Below, one piece after another: positions 1 through 12,890 of a stretch of 64,000 bases of DNA. The DNA is from Lama glama. Lineage: Eukaryota. The translations under genes and the position numbers were made by a program. Location: the NCBI GenBank assembly GCA_028534125.1, contig CM052818.1:43464001-43528000 (forward strand). Reading direction: 5' to 3'. A model generated the notes under the pieces. That model did not search any database. It saw only the letters and a program-made list of their open reading frames with translations, and was not told the DNA's origin. Numbering within the stretch: position 1 is the first letter of the stretch; every line of letters starts with the position of its first letter.

Positions 1-152
1 CAGAAGCAGGGCGGTACAGATGACAGTGAAAAGCACTGTAATGAAGCTGGGTGAAACACGCAAGGACAGCTCAGAGTAGAAACTGTGGCTCCACCTGATG
101 AAAGAAGTTTAAAGGTGCAGACATTTGAGCTAGGTCTTGAAAGGAGATTAAA

Positions 153-300
153 CTATGGATCTTAGAAACCTGAGTTCAGATTTCACCTCTGTACTTAGTA
201 CCTATGTCCCCTTAGAAAAGTAACTTTATCTCACTGAAGCTTGGTCTATTTGAAGACCCATAGCAATTATTTTGAAGATTTTTTGAAACCAAGCCTGTGA
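153..300 (+). mobile_element. MIR SINE remnant
   Basis: Degenerate MIR core (gaaacctgagttcagatttcacctctgtacttagtacctatgtccccttagaaaagtaacttt); boundaries approximate. Confidence 0.6.
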
Positions 301-649
301 AGGTTCCTAAGACAGTATAGTCACCAAACTAATTATATCTTAATATGAGGTGCCTCTGGGGGGAAAAAATGAAGCATTTGCAAAGTGTGAAGCTTAGAAA
401 GAACCAGGGGTAAAGCAAAGAACATACACATAGCTGTTCTTAAGTTAATATGGATAAGGACAATGTCCCTGTTGCTGTTTGTACATATCTGCAGTCTTGG
501 TAATGCACCACATCCCTAGACACTATGATTTCCTGAATGTGGGTCTGAATTTTTAAAATACCTTACAGGTAATTCTGACATATAGTGGTCATTATAGCTA
601 CATTTAAAAAAAATCTCCTTAATGCTAGAGGCTTTGCATGCATGATTAG

Positions 650-820
650 TAATTCTAACACACGAATCTGTAAAATAGGCATAGTTATCTTTATTTAAAA
701 CATGAAAAAGACAGGGTCTCCAGGAGGTTAAGTACTTGTCCTTGGTCAGACAGATATTGAGAAGCTGGGGTTTCATTCTAGTTCTGTGTAACCACAAACA
801 CTGGCAATTTTAATTCCACC
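650..820 (-). mobile_element. MIR SINE remnant
   Basis: Reverse MIR core: caggaggttaagtacttgtccttggtcagacag...ctggggtttcattctagttctgtg. Confidence 0.65.
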
Positions 821-2704
821 TAACACTCTCCAGCGATTAAATTTAACACATAATCCACAGAGAGGATTATAAAGTGAACCAGAATGGGGAGCAGAAAATA
901 AATACTGACATTTCAGTGAATACAGTATTGATTATTAAGGAACCCATTCTGTGCTTTCAGATGAGCTGTTATGTATGCCAACAGATGTTTCTTCTTCACA
1001 AACCACATCAAAGAGACTGGAGATAATATATGCTAATTTCTCTAGTCTCTTATTTCACAGTTTCTGAAGGTGACCTTGTTAGTCGAACCCAAAATATGTC
1101 TATTTTTAAGTATATAACTTAAGAACTTACATTCAAATTAAGATAGTTATGTAATAAAAAGAAAGTCACACCTTATTTGCTTAAGATATGGTTTGCTTAC
1201 ACATAAGTTTAAACTATTTTTAGTACTCTCAATTTTATACTTGCATTTTTAGTTGAAACTATCAACAATATGTGGGTTGTGATTAATTTTTATGCAAAAT
1301 ATCTGGCATTTATTTCTCTAAATTTTTTATCATGGATAGGTAGTTGAGTTTTCAAATAGAATTTAATAAATATTTACAGTTTAAAAATATTTTTTCTAGA
1401 TTCCATGATAAACTGTTTTTGGTTTTCATCTTAAAATGCTTAACTTTCTAAAATCTGTAGTGTCTTCCTATTTATTGTCATAAACAAAAAATAGCGACAC
1501 AAAACTATAAGCATCAAATACTGTGACAGTGCCACGCTCAGCTGAGAACCCTGACCTCAGAGGTGGAGAGGTAAGGATCTCTGTTACATTCTCTGTCTCA
1601 AGGGAGCCCTACGTCTTGTTAACCCCACTCTTCTGAGAACTCAAGTATTTTAGGTTTAAAGATAGACATTCACTCTCAGTGTAGCTAAGTGCTCACTGAC
1701 CCCACTGCCATTCAATTGTCTTTCACATTTTGGGAGCTTGGATATTTCTATTCTTTTCTTGCAAACTCAGCCATGCATTGAAATGAATGTTTTACATTTT
1801 ATCCAGCTCTTCATATGTGTTTCTCTGAAGTGTTTACAGATTATCTGGTTTGTCACCATGTTGAAATGAAAGTGTGCCTCTTAGAATGAGTCTTTTGTGT
1901 ATGTATGTGCTTTGTCTCACATCTGCAGTCCGTGTTTCCCAATGGTAACCTCCAGGCAAGCAGTGTCTTCTCCACAGACATTCATTTATTCTTCTTATAT
2001 TTTGTGTAATATTTTGCAAAGAGTTGATCTGAAGCACATGTTTACATGGAAACAATGTAGCAGAGTGGAAAGACCATGTATTTTCTAGTTGAGGGAAAAA
2101 AATGTTCAAATACTAGATACGTTGGTATGATCTTGGGCAAGTTATTAACACACTTGCAGGCTTATTTGAAAAATTGGGGATGATATATTTTAAGGGCCTC
2201 ATGGAGACAAAGTAGGTGCCTGATGAACAGGGTGAACTTATTCTCTAGTTTATTTGAAACAGATTGAGTTTTTGCTGATGCCTTGGTATCATGTTAACTA
2301 CACTTTTAAGTGAGTCCCAGGTCGGCGGTAAATTATAAGACTGCTCATTTATTATAGGATTATTAATAAAAGACATTTCTCATTATAATTCTCTGTGTTG
2401 AATTCAACCAACATAGTTTCTGGGAAAAAATATTTTTAAGAAGCTTGTTGTACCAATTCCATAAACTGGTTGTGCAGTGACCTCAGGGTTTGCTTTTTCA
2501 TGGCTCATCTCATCAGACAGAATAATTGCCAATTCAGTGTATAAACTAAGTAGTGAATAATTATGCAAGAAATTGTCACGACAAAATGTAATCAATTACA
2601 ATTTTATGCTCTGAAATAAAGCAACATGTCTTAAAAATACATGAGCAAATTTTCAGCCAAATACACATTAGTATGTTTTCATAAACCAATTTTTTACAGA
2701 CCCT

Positions 2705-2850
2705 CTATCTTTGATTGCATATTATTTAATGAGCAGAAAATCAGTCCGTGCTCTGATTACAGAATAGCATGGAGGATCTGGACTCTTGGGCAGAAGATAA
2801 TGATGCAACTAAAGAATCCGTGGTAAAAAAGCGCAAGGCCATTATTGGAT
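2705..2850 (+). mobile_element. Putative very ancient non-LTR (CR1/L2-clade-like) reverse transcriptase relic
   Basis: Frameshifted translation FDCILF...SD/LQNSMEDLDSWAEDN/MMQLKNP/KKRKAII resembles the RT segment after YADD (FADDCILY...LQxDLxxLxxWAxxNxMxLNPxKxK). Confidence 0.4.
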
Positions 2851-3889
2851 CTTTTGAAACTCTAGTGCTCATATTTCCAAAAATGAGATATCAAGGTGAA
2901 TAAAGAAAAAACATATTGTTGCCCTAGCATTAAACAGAAAATAATTCATCTAATACATCATGTTGACATTGGACATCTCAGGTCGGGAGTAGTGTGTCTC
3001 CTGGAGAGAAATTGGGGATAAATGTGTTTTATGCTCTGATGATCTTATTTGATGATGACTTTATCTTACTCTTCAGTCCCCCCAGAATTATGATATACTG
3101 AGTTTAGAACACTAATATTTCATTTCATTAGCCACTTTAGGAGCAGTGGTGTACTGGAGACCAATAATGTAGAAGAAGAAACTGTGCCCTTCAGGTGTAT
3201 GGAAATGATCTAATACTTTCAATATCTTTATTGAGAATCACTGACCTGCCACCTTCTGTAAAGTGAAATCTTTAAAGGTATTGGATACTTAATATAAATA
3301 TATCTTAGATATTTTATTAACTTTATATCAGAACTTCTCAGAAAGAAAAGTGTAACTATCATTATATTAGAGAGGAAGGAATTGTGTCTGAGGGTTATAA
3401 AGTAATTTTTCTCCGTTTACACATACCCAGTGAGGCAAAGCCAGTTTTCCAATTCACATCAAAAAAAAAGTCTGTGTCCATTAATTTTTACTCTTTGCAA
3501 TATCTCCAGTCAGGAAAGAAAAGTGGTTTATAATCTCTCAAGGATATTAAAAACAAAGTACCTCAGCATGAGAACATTCAGATCTGTGTTGTAATCCAGC
3601 CATCAGTTGGAAGAGTTGGGTTTGGAATGGTAGGATAACAGTCTGTAATCCAGCTGGATAAGGATTGCAAAGATCAATGAGAACTTTTACAACATCTGAA
3701 AAGTTATAAGGATTTGTAATTTTTTATACCCACAGTACATATATGGTGATTCCTGGACTGGATTAATTTGCTATTTTGGAGCTGAGAAATCTGTAGTACA
3801 GAGGCCTCTATCAGAGAGAAATTATAGTCATTTAAGTTAGAATTTGAATGTCTGTCTGTCTTCCACAGAAGTCCTTGGATTGTCACTAT

Positions 3890-4461
3890 TTATAAATGCA
3901 AAATAATGTTTTCCGAGCACTTAATCTGTGTAGGTAATGGTAATAGCACTAGGAATGCAGCCGTTAGATAAGAATCCCCACCCTCATGTGTCTTCACACT
4001 TAGGGGAAATGGAAGATACAAGTACATGAATAATGCAGGCAGTAGGTTAAGTGGAGAGACACTGAGAACTATGGATATAAGGCAGGGGTGGGGATGAGTT
4101 CTGAGCAGAGAGAGCCACAGGTACAGAGTCTTCTGGGCTGGAATACACCTGCCATGCTTGAAAAATGGCAGCAGGGCTAGATGTGTGGTGAGTGAGGGGT
4201 CAGAGAGGAAGCACTGGCTAATCCTTGTGGGGGCATGTAACCCACTGCAGTGGCTCTGTGGTTTTCTCAAAAATGGGAGACCACTGAAAGGTCTGAGATG
4301 AAAATGACAGGATCTGACTTATGTCTTGAAAGAGGCACAGTGGAGGTTAGGCTGAGAAAAGGCTAAAGTGAGGAGAAGGCAAATAAATAAAACCAGTTAG
4401 CAAGTTATTCTAAGAATTCTACTGAGAGATGGTCATGGCCTGGACCAAAGTGGTGACAGTC
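3890..4461 (-). mobile_element. L2 LINE 3' region (left part, interrupted by an LTR)
   Basis: Reverse L2 3' end (gagcacttaatctgtgtagg...gcactaggaatgcagc...ccccaccctcatg) followed by purine-rich L2 body. Confidence 0.8.
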
Positions 4462-4886
4462 TGTGTCCGCCATGAGAATGTACCACTCAGATCTCTGACT
4501 GCCGGGAGCACTCTGCAGCCCATCCGTGGGTTCCCGCAGAGGCCGTGTTTCCCGTGAGTGACCCAGCCAACCAGTAAGCCTGGCAGGGATTCTGAGGCAA
4601 GCTCAGTTCTGGGTGATGCAGAAATCCTCTCCCTGTGACTCTGGCTTAGGGACTTTCTGATGGCCTTGCCAAACTCCGCTTAGAACTGTTCTGTAGTCCC
4701 AGCCCCTCACACTCAAATTCTCACCTTCTGTTTCTCCTTCACTTGGAGTCAGACCTGAGTCATTCTGACAGTTCTCCTGCTCCTCCAGGCTCCATCCTTG
4801 TTTTGCCTCATGGGTTTTTCCCCTAATACATTTGTGTATTTAATCCTATCTTGGCATCTAATTCTCAGAAGGCTCAGGCTAACACA
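4462..4886 (+). mobile_element. ERVL solo LTR, LTR16C-like
   Basis: TG...CA termini; 3' end taatcctatcttggcatctaattctcagaaggctcaggctaacaca and internal ccttcacttggagtcagacctg match the recalled LTR16C; splits an L2. Confidence 0.8.
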
Positions 4887-5445
4887 TAATGAATGTGAGA
4901 GCTGATGGAATATTGGATGTATTTTGAATATGTTGACTGTAGGTGAAGTGGCAGAAGACAGGCATCGAGGACAAATCCAATTTTTTCTTTGAACTGAGTA
5001 TCCAGAGAGATGAAGTTGACATCAGCTAAGATGGTAAAGAATGAAAAGGAGTATAATTGGGAGGGAGGGATTGAAATGAAAAGCATATGTTAGGGTTTGA
5101 AGTGACTACTAAAAAGTTAAGTGCAAATGCTAGTTAAGACAGTTGGAGATAAGTTCTGGAGTTTAGAGATGGATCCATATTGAAGATATAAATATAGGAG
5201 TCATATGTACAGTGACATGATACTGGATGAGATCACAAAGGATTTGAGTTACTGCGTGTAGAATTTTAAAAGAGAAAATGAGAAGAGAGAGAGAGAAAAA
5301 AATGAGTTTCCAGAACTAAACACTGAGGTTGTTCAAAACTTAGCAATCAGAACTATTAAAAAGAACTAGCAAAGGAAATTAAAAAGGAGTGGTAGTGAGG
5401 TAGGAGAAAAACAAGAAAATATGAGGTTGGAGGAACCGAAAGCTA
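4887..5445 (-). mobile_element. L2 LINE (right part)
   Basis: Resumes L2 collinearly (ggatgtattttgaa...gacagttggagataagttctggagtttagag...ggatgagatcacaaagga). Confidence 0.75.
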
Positions 5446-5605
5446 TAAGTTTATTTCTTAACCAAACGACATGCTCTAAAAGTGCACAGATTTAGAACAT
5501 TCTCCAGAACAATTCTAGGTTTTAAATTCTGAATGTATCTAACTTTGCCTACACCCAAGCATTTTTCTTCCCAGTAATGAAAGATTTATATTGTAGTGAT
5601 GATTT

Positions 5606-5760
5606 TGTACAAGTGACTTAATCTCTCTGGAACTCAGTCTTTTCATCTATATGATAGTAGTAAAAAGTCACTAATGATTTGGAGAGATTGAAGGGGAAAA
5701 AATGAGATTGTGACTATATGGTGCTTAGTACAAAGATAATAAATAATACACATTGTTACT
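5606..5760 (+). mobile_element. MIR SINE remnant
   Basis: caagtgacttaatctctctggaactcagtcttttcatctat core. Confidence 0.7.
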
Positions 5761-6960
5761 ATTAAAAATAGATATTAATTTACTTCATATATGTTGTATC
5801 ATTTAATTCTCCACAAAGCAATACTGAATGACTATTCTAGTTTTATTTTCAGGACTCAAAGAAGTTGAGTAACTTGACAAGAGCGTTACTTAAAAGATGG
5901 CAGAGTAGTATTGAACGCAAATGTCAGTGGCTCATTAACTGCTGAATATATACGCGTGTGTTATTGACAGGTATTCTGTGTCACACAAATGCCTGCTGAG
6001 AAATGCTCTGTGTGCTGAGTTTAGCCACACGCTGGCTTCCAGCACAGCTCCAGGAAGCCTGTACCTGCGAACCCCTGGTGTAGATGTGCACTCCCCAGTT
6101 AACGGCTATTGCCGTTTTCAGATTTAAGCGTATGAAACCATCAAAAGATCAGATAAATATATATGTATTTTGTTTTGTTCTGTTTTGTTTTTCTGGATGA
6201 GGATCAATAGCAAGTGTCTTTCATTCTAATAGTAAGTTAAGTAAGAATCAAACATGAAATTCTAGGAAATCATCTTGAAAATTTTTTACTAAAATTAATC
6301 TGAGTGAGTGAAATAAAAGGCAAATCCTAGAAAACAGAATGGGGGTTGGGGGAACCAGTAACATACGCATGCATCTGACATGCAAGCATGGATCTCATCC
6401 TGGTCCACGGCCAATTACGTACACAGAAATTAGCATTCTGCTTCAAATCAGGAAGTCTGTGGGCTCACTAATCTGGACCTCATTTTGCCTTTCGGCAGAC
6501 TTCTCTAGCTACAGCCTAGAACTCCTGGCATTGTTCCCAATGGTTCTTGGCTCTACCCTCCATACTCTGGGTTCTGTATTCTGAGTTATTCTTTCTTTTT
6601 TTATAAGAAATGACATTGGTTGGTAACCTGTATCTATATGGAGTTGAAAGTCTAGAGACCTCTTTTCATACTCTCTCAGTCCTTTTTATCCCAGGCTCTT
6701 GAGGTTTTCACTAGTACAGTAACTTTACAGAGTATGTCATTACTTTTATAAATCTTATTGGAATTTACTCTGCTAGACAAAAAAGTCACAATGACAAGTC
6801 TTTTCGAGAGATCTTCTCTGTATCTTGGGTTCTTTTTAATGTTTGCAGTCTCTGTGTCAACAGAGATGGTCTATGAGGAACATATAGAATATAGTGTAAA
6901 CATAAAGCTAGCACAATCATTTTGGAGAACAAGTTAGCATCTTCTACTAAATTTAAACAC

Positions 6961-7745
6961 ACAATTGGGCCTCCATTGTGCCAGCGAAAGACTGTCCACT
7001 GGCCACTGCCTCTACAAGGATTGAATCACACTGTTACTTGCCATCTACCTCTACCTGGATTAAATCACGAGCTGCTTCAGCCGCTGACCTCCAGCACTTC
7101 CTAAAAGGAGTTCAGGGTGGAGGTCAGGAATGAAGCGCTCTGTGTTCTGGGAAAACTGGCAGATAGTTAGATATTTTCAGGAGAAGGTTTTTTGAGCCCA
7201 AATTCTTACATCTCCTCATGTGAAGAAAATTGCTAAAATCATCAACTGTGGCATCTGCTCCTCGTGACCAGCAGCAAGCCTCTGCCTACAACGTGTGCTT
7301 GACTGCAGGCGCCCCCTTCACTGAAGTCGTATGTGATACTGAGTTTTCCCCGCCTCTTTGGAGCAGTTCTTCAGAGCTCTCTGAGATGCTGGCTCCCAGG
7401 CAATAGTCCTCATTTTGCTCCAGATTAAAACTTAACCCACAGCCCTCATGCTGTGCGCCTTTATTTCAGTTGACAATATCCATGAGTTCCACGTCTGTGG
7501 ATTCAACCAACTAAGAATTAAAATGATTTGAAAAAAATTTTCCCAGGGAGTTTCAAAAAGCCAAACTTGAATTTGTTGCCTGCCAGCAACTATTTACATA
7601 GAATTTATGTTGTATTTACAACTATTTGCATAGCATTTTACATTAGGTATTATAAGTAATCTAGACATCATTTAAAGCGTACAGGAAAATGTGCATAGGT
7701 AATGTGCAAATACAGTCAGCCCTCCATATCAGAGGATATGGAGCT
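6961..7745 (-). mobile_element. TcMar-Tigger DNA transposon (MER2-like), interrupted by an LTR
   Basis: Terminal caattgggcctccat|atatccatgagttccacgtctgtggattcaaccaac; internal ttaggtattataagtaatctagacatcatttaaag is the reverse MER2-type motif. Confidence 0.75.
6977..7475 (+). mobile_element. ERV1-class solo LTR (cetartiodactyl LTR39/MER39-like)
   Basis: TG...CA termini, ATTAAA signal near the 3' end; cctctttggagcagttcttcagagctctctgagatgctggctcccagg motif; inserted in the Tigger terminus. Confidence 0.75.
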
Positions 7746-7869
7746 TAAGCATTTTTGGTTTGCTTTCCTTCTCTTTCTTTCATTTAAAAAAAAAAATCTG
7801 CTGAATGTTGTGTTTTCACTTGATACCTGTAATTCCTATAGGCTTTTTTAAATACCTGAAGTGAATTAA

Positions 7870-8080
7870 CTTGAGGGAGAACATGAGGAAACCAGCAGAG
7901 CAGAAAAATAAAAAAGAACCCAAAGATTGATGATTTCACTGACTCACCCCATTAACCAGTCCTAAAACTACGCTACCTCTGAAATTGTTGAAATAAGAAA
8001 TATCTAGTCGTCATTTCAATTTAAGTCATTCTGGGGTTAAATTTTCTTTTATTTGTTGCCCAAAGCATCATGACTAATAT
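7870..8080 (+). mobile_element. Old MaLR LTR 3' fragment (MLT1-type)
   Basis: MLT1-type end ttaagtcattctggggttaaattttcttttatttgttgcccaaagcatcatgactaata. Confidence 0.55.
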
Positions 8081-10447
8081 ATCCTTACTGCTTCCTAACA
8101 AAGGCAAAAAATTCTCAGGGATAACAAATGGAACTTTACTGTTTTGATAATAGTAATGGTGGTTCTTTCTGGTGGTTTATATACTTGGCTGAATAGACTC
8201 CCAGCTCAATAGCTGAGAAGATGAAATGACTTTCCTTGAAGCCAAAAATGACATCAAAGATATTATCACCTACTATGACATTTTTTGTGGCCTTCATTTT
8301 TCTCAGCAGCAAGTGGTGTAAAATCTTTTCTGAAGCAGATAATCATGGTCAAAATGGATTGCAATTCCAATGTCTGAATTGTCCAATGATTTGTAGAAAA
8401 ATCTGCAGTAAAGTGATCCTTCTTGATAGCTTAAGGAGGACAAAGTTTCAAATATCTCCACTGTGATGGTTTAATACATATTTGATTCAAGTCTTCCATT
8501 GGTAAGGAAACATTTCAGGCCAGAAGTTTATGTTAAGCTCCCAAAATATGCAGTATATCCAAAAATACATTCTGCATAATAAGATATTTTAAGGTCACTG
8601 GCTTCTAGGCTAGATTCTCCTACTTCATAGAAAGATTATCTTTTTGAGCCTCAATACTTGCTTATATAATGTGAGGACGTTTCTAATTCAATTCAAAATC
8701 TTTCGTGCCTTTCCAAAAGCATTGTATCATTTGACATTTTCTACTATAATACTTTATAATATAATGTGCCAGCTAAATGGATTTTTAAAGATAACTCCAT
8801 CTTATCAAATGATGCTGTGTATATTTGCTAGTACTTTTTTTAAATCTCAAAAAAATTAACTTATACTTCCCTGCCATCGTAAAGACTTCAAAGTCATAAA
8901 TATTTGACAATTTCATTTTTATGCTACTTTCTAATATAACAATTCAGATGGTACAGGAGGGAATGTTTGTCCTGACAGGTTTTTCTCCCCTTTTTTCTTA
9001 AGATACAATGTACTTTCTTTCTCTTTCTCATGCTCTGTTATGGCCCTGGGCAGCTATCAATTATTCCTTATTGCCATTAATATCCATCAATATGTTTCTC
9101 ATGCTTTTAGTTTTTATGGAATTAGAAAACAAATAATATGGCTGGTTAAAGTCATGTAAAATAATGTAAAATGAGCATTTTTAAGAAAGATTAAGTTCCG
9201 CAAAGGCTTTCCAGCAGCATTTCTGGTACGCGACCTGCTGCTTCACTGTGTGGCCAGGTATGTGACCTCTGGCTCAGTTTCCAAAGCTTTCTTGTAAGAA
9301 TCATCAAGCATTTTAGTACTTACTTTTATTTTATTAATTGTACATTTAGAAGAAAAACTTCATTGATGCTATAAGATTTTAAAATCAAATGTTATCAAGT
9401 AATCTAGCAAAATAAACAATTGTGATTTCCCCCAGCAGCAAGAGCACCACCTACTTCTCTGTGCTTGTTGTGGGGCTCCTCAGCCTCTGTGTCTGTTCAT
9501 ATTTCATTGAACCTATAACTTCCCACATTTCCCACTGCATTCTCTAGCCGGCAGCCAGGCTGAGTTTGTACCTCTCCCAGCTTACCAGGTGTTCTGTGAT
9601 CCAGTCGTTTGGTACAGTAGTAGCTTGTAGGGTCAGCAGTGTCGACGACTCCTCCTACTGCCACCCTGAGACCAGGGGGCTGCCTCTGGCTTTACTACAT
9701 GACTTCAGTCCTGCGTGGTGTACTTCAAAGGAGGGTTATAGCCACTCACGTCTGGGAAGATGTTGACTTGATCCCTGGTCATCTTTCTGATTTATTCATG
9801 TGTTAAATAAGAACATGTTTCATTCTGCATTTACTTTCTGCATTTACCTCTGACACTTCTAGGTAAAATCATAACAGAAGCTAGAAAAAAATATTCGGAG
9901 GTCTGTGGGGTATATGCTAAATTACTTTTATGCAGGGATTAATAAAATAACCTAATGAGGAAAAATTCAGGACAAATCCCAAATTGAATGGAGCTTCAGG
10001 AAAAGAAGCATAAATTTGGACTTACCTGGTCAAAGCAGACTTCTGGTCACCTACTTGTGGGAACCTATTCTTAGAGGTAAAAATATGTATAGAAGGGCAG
10101 AGATGGCATGCTTCTTAGGGTCAGACAGAAGCCTAGAGCCAACACAGAAGGGTCTGAGCAAAGCATACCATTTCCTTTCATCACAAGCACTAATCGGGTA
10201 GTCCTCCCTCCTCACCTAGAAGCCCTGAATAAGGAGCCTGGGAGAACCCCAGAAGATTATTCTAAGAGAGGACTTTTGGCATCTAAGCATGAGGAGCACA
10301 ATTCTTCCTCCTCATTATTTTGTGTTGAAAATGTTATTAATCCTGTTTGCATCCGTAGAGAATTACAGGGATAGAATAATTTCACATTCACACATAAATG
10401 AAATATGAATTATATATTAAGAGCACATGGATGTATGGATGCATTAT

Positions 10448-11160
10448 TGTTGTAAACACATGTATATTGCATATCTGGTATACATATTTATGGGTGGTAA
10501 GGAATTTGGCCTCCAAAGAGAGGTCGTGTGTTTATTCCATATCCCAGTAACCTCTGTATCTTCGGAATTCCCCAAGTGATAGAATGCCTTTGGTACCCAT
10601 GTGGGTCCCTCAGCCACACCTGACAGCCTGAGTGTGAAGGGCGTGGTCATACCAGAAAGACCACCCATGTGATTAGAGGCTTGGAGGTTTTAGGCCACAC
10701 GAATTAGCCCAGCCTCCAGGGAGGAGGCTGCTGAAGATTCTGTTCAACTATATGAGTTAAACGTGATCCTCAATATAATCTCTAGACAACATAATGGGGT
10801 GAGTTTCTCTGGCTGGCAGTGCTTTGTGGACATTATCACACATTGTGGCCATGAGGAGGAGATGTTGTCCATGACTCCCCAGGGGGAGGATAACCAGAAG
10901 CTCCACTTAAGACCCCTTCCGATCTTGCCTTCTGCCTTCTTCCTTTGGCTAGTTCTAACATGTATCCTTTGCCTAGAATAAATGCGTCTGTGGGTGTCAT
11001 AGCAGTCAGAGGGTTCTGTGAGTCTTTCTGGTGAATTGTCAAGTCTGAGAGTGGTTTAGGGAAATCCTCAAACTTGCGGTTGGTGTCAGAAGTCTTGGGT
11101 AGACTTAGTCTTCTGGTAAACTATCCCCTTAACCGCAAGTTCAGCTAATTCTGGGTGACA
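10448..11160 (+). mobile_element. ERVL solo LTR, MER21/MER77-like
   Basis: Motifs ccagaaagaccacccatgtgattagagg, gaggataaccagaagctcc, AATAAA, gttctgtgagtctttctggtgaattgtcaagtctgagagtggt, tggtgtcagaagt. Confidence 0.75.
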
Positions 11161-11282
11161 TAAATATATAAGTGATGTAAGTGTGTATTTTTGCATATTA
11201 TACCTATCTATATAATTGATAGACTGTGGTGAACACTCTCCAGTGCATACTCACAAGACCTGTATCCTGGGTCTTTTTGTAA

Positions 11283-11416
11283 AACTTACCAGCTCTATAA
11301 TCATTTGGCAAAAGACTATTTCTCTGGTTTCAGTTTTCTTCTAAGTAAAATGCTGGGGTTGCTGATGCAGAGAAGCAGTTAGATCTCTGAGGCTTACTCT
11401 AAAGTTAGCATTCTAA
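11283..11416 (+). mobile_element. MIR3-like SINE remnant
   Basis: ctggtttcagttttcttctaagtaaaatgctggggttg...agatctctgaggcttactctaaagttagcattcta. Confidence 0.6.
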
Positions 11417-12089
11417 GGTCAAATAAAGAGAGATGAAAAGCATAGCAAGTATAAACTTTGTGTTTACTAAAATAATAGAGTCATATAAAATGGTATGAGG
11501 GTTTACTGCATTCGTGGACATTTCAGAAAACTGTACTCTTGTTAATCATATATGTTTGAGACTATTATTTCCTCAAGACATACTTTTACTAATTTGATAA
11601 ACATCAAGAGCTGGTTCCTTGACAAAGTGTTCCTGCCACAAACTGGCTTTTTGGATGCTGACCCAGTTTCCTAGGCTACTGTCTTGCTGCTACTAAAACA
11701 GTGCAGAAGGGCACCGTCTAACCCCGGGTCAGAGGAGGGCTGGAGAAATCCCAGATGAAGCTGATGAAACCAATGCTGGGTCTCAGATAACTTTAAAGTA
11801 TTTACAAGGCACCAAAGATATTTGAGAAATAGTGTTCAGGCCCATGCAAGAGAAAAGTTGAGGCAGATGTGGCACTTGTAGGGAACTGTCAGAAACTTAC
11901 TGACACTTACACCTCATGTGCAGAACAGGAGGAAGGAATTCTCAGAAAAAAAAAAGTCCAATATTTGAAGAGCCATATATTCCACGCTAGGGTGCTTGGA
12001 TTTAACCTTGCAAGAAATGGAAAGCCACAGCCTCTTGTAAAGTTATTTTCATTTTCTTACTACCAACAACATAAAGAAGCTGTCTTCTA

Positions 12090-12096
12090 GTGTGTG

Positions 12097-12128
<32 letters not shown>
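12090..12128. repeat. (GT)n microsatellite
   Basis: Directly visible GT run with one GA interruption. Confidence 0.95.
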
Positions 12129-12704
12129 CACATGAGAGCACACGCGTACAGGCACTGAGCCCAGGGAACAGTGTTAGGGGGAAATAAAACAAGAATGATA
12201 AGGATTCAGAAGGGCACGTGCACAAGAGCCTAGCCAGGCAGCTGCAGGAACAGAGTGCATCGACATTCAAATTGTTGGTAATGGAAGGAATGCAGGTCAT
12301 GACCCCTCATTACATTCATCTTTTAAAAGATGCTCTGCCTTGTTGTTGAACAAGGACCTCTGTTCTTTAAAATGCAGTAGGCATCCACCCTATCTAGTCT
12401 TAGAAGCCTGGGGGCAGAAAAGAGAGAGGGAGGATCTTCTTTGGCTTTTTATCAGACTCCCATTATGAGTTCCTCTTGAGAAGTAGATCTAAATGCCACA
12501 GTGCTTTTAATCATTACCAACTCCATAAGGGATATCATTAAGCTGTTTTTCTATTTCTTTTTGCAGCCCACAGGGAAATAATTTATTCTCCTCCGAACAG
12601 GTGGAAAAAGTGTATATAATCACACATTTATCCAATTCAGTAGTGAAAAAAATTTAAGGGCAGGAAATTATTAAATGAGATCAGAAATTTGGAATCACAA
12701 CACT

Positions 12705-12890
12705 TCAGTGTGGTATAGTGGAAAGATAATTTGGAAGATAATGTATCAGAGAAGCCTGGGTGTAAAACCAAGTTTGGCTACTCACCGGCTGTGTCATTCT
12801 CAAAAGTCACAGGTTTGCATATTTGGAAAACTCCTCTCATGAAGACTGTTGAGAAGTATGCTTGTGATGTGCAGGCAGCATAGTACCTTC
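12705..12890 (+). mobile_element. MIR SINE remnant
   Basis: cagtgtggtatagtggaaaga...gcctgggtgtaaaaccaagtttggctactcaccggctgtg. Confidence 0.65.

Noticed and set aside
2470..2500. gtgacctcagggtttgcttttt as the RT PQG motif of the 2.7-kb relic
   Set aside because: About 230 nt upstream of the putative ADD region, roughly twice the usual spacing; likely chance
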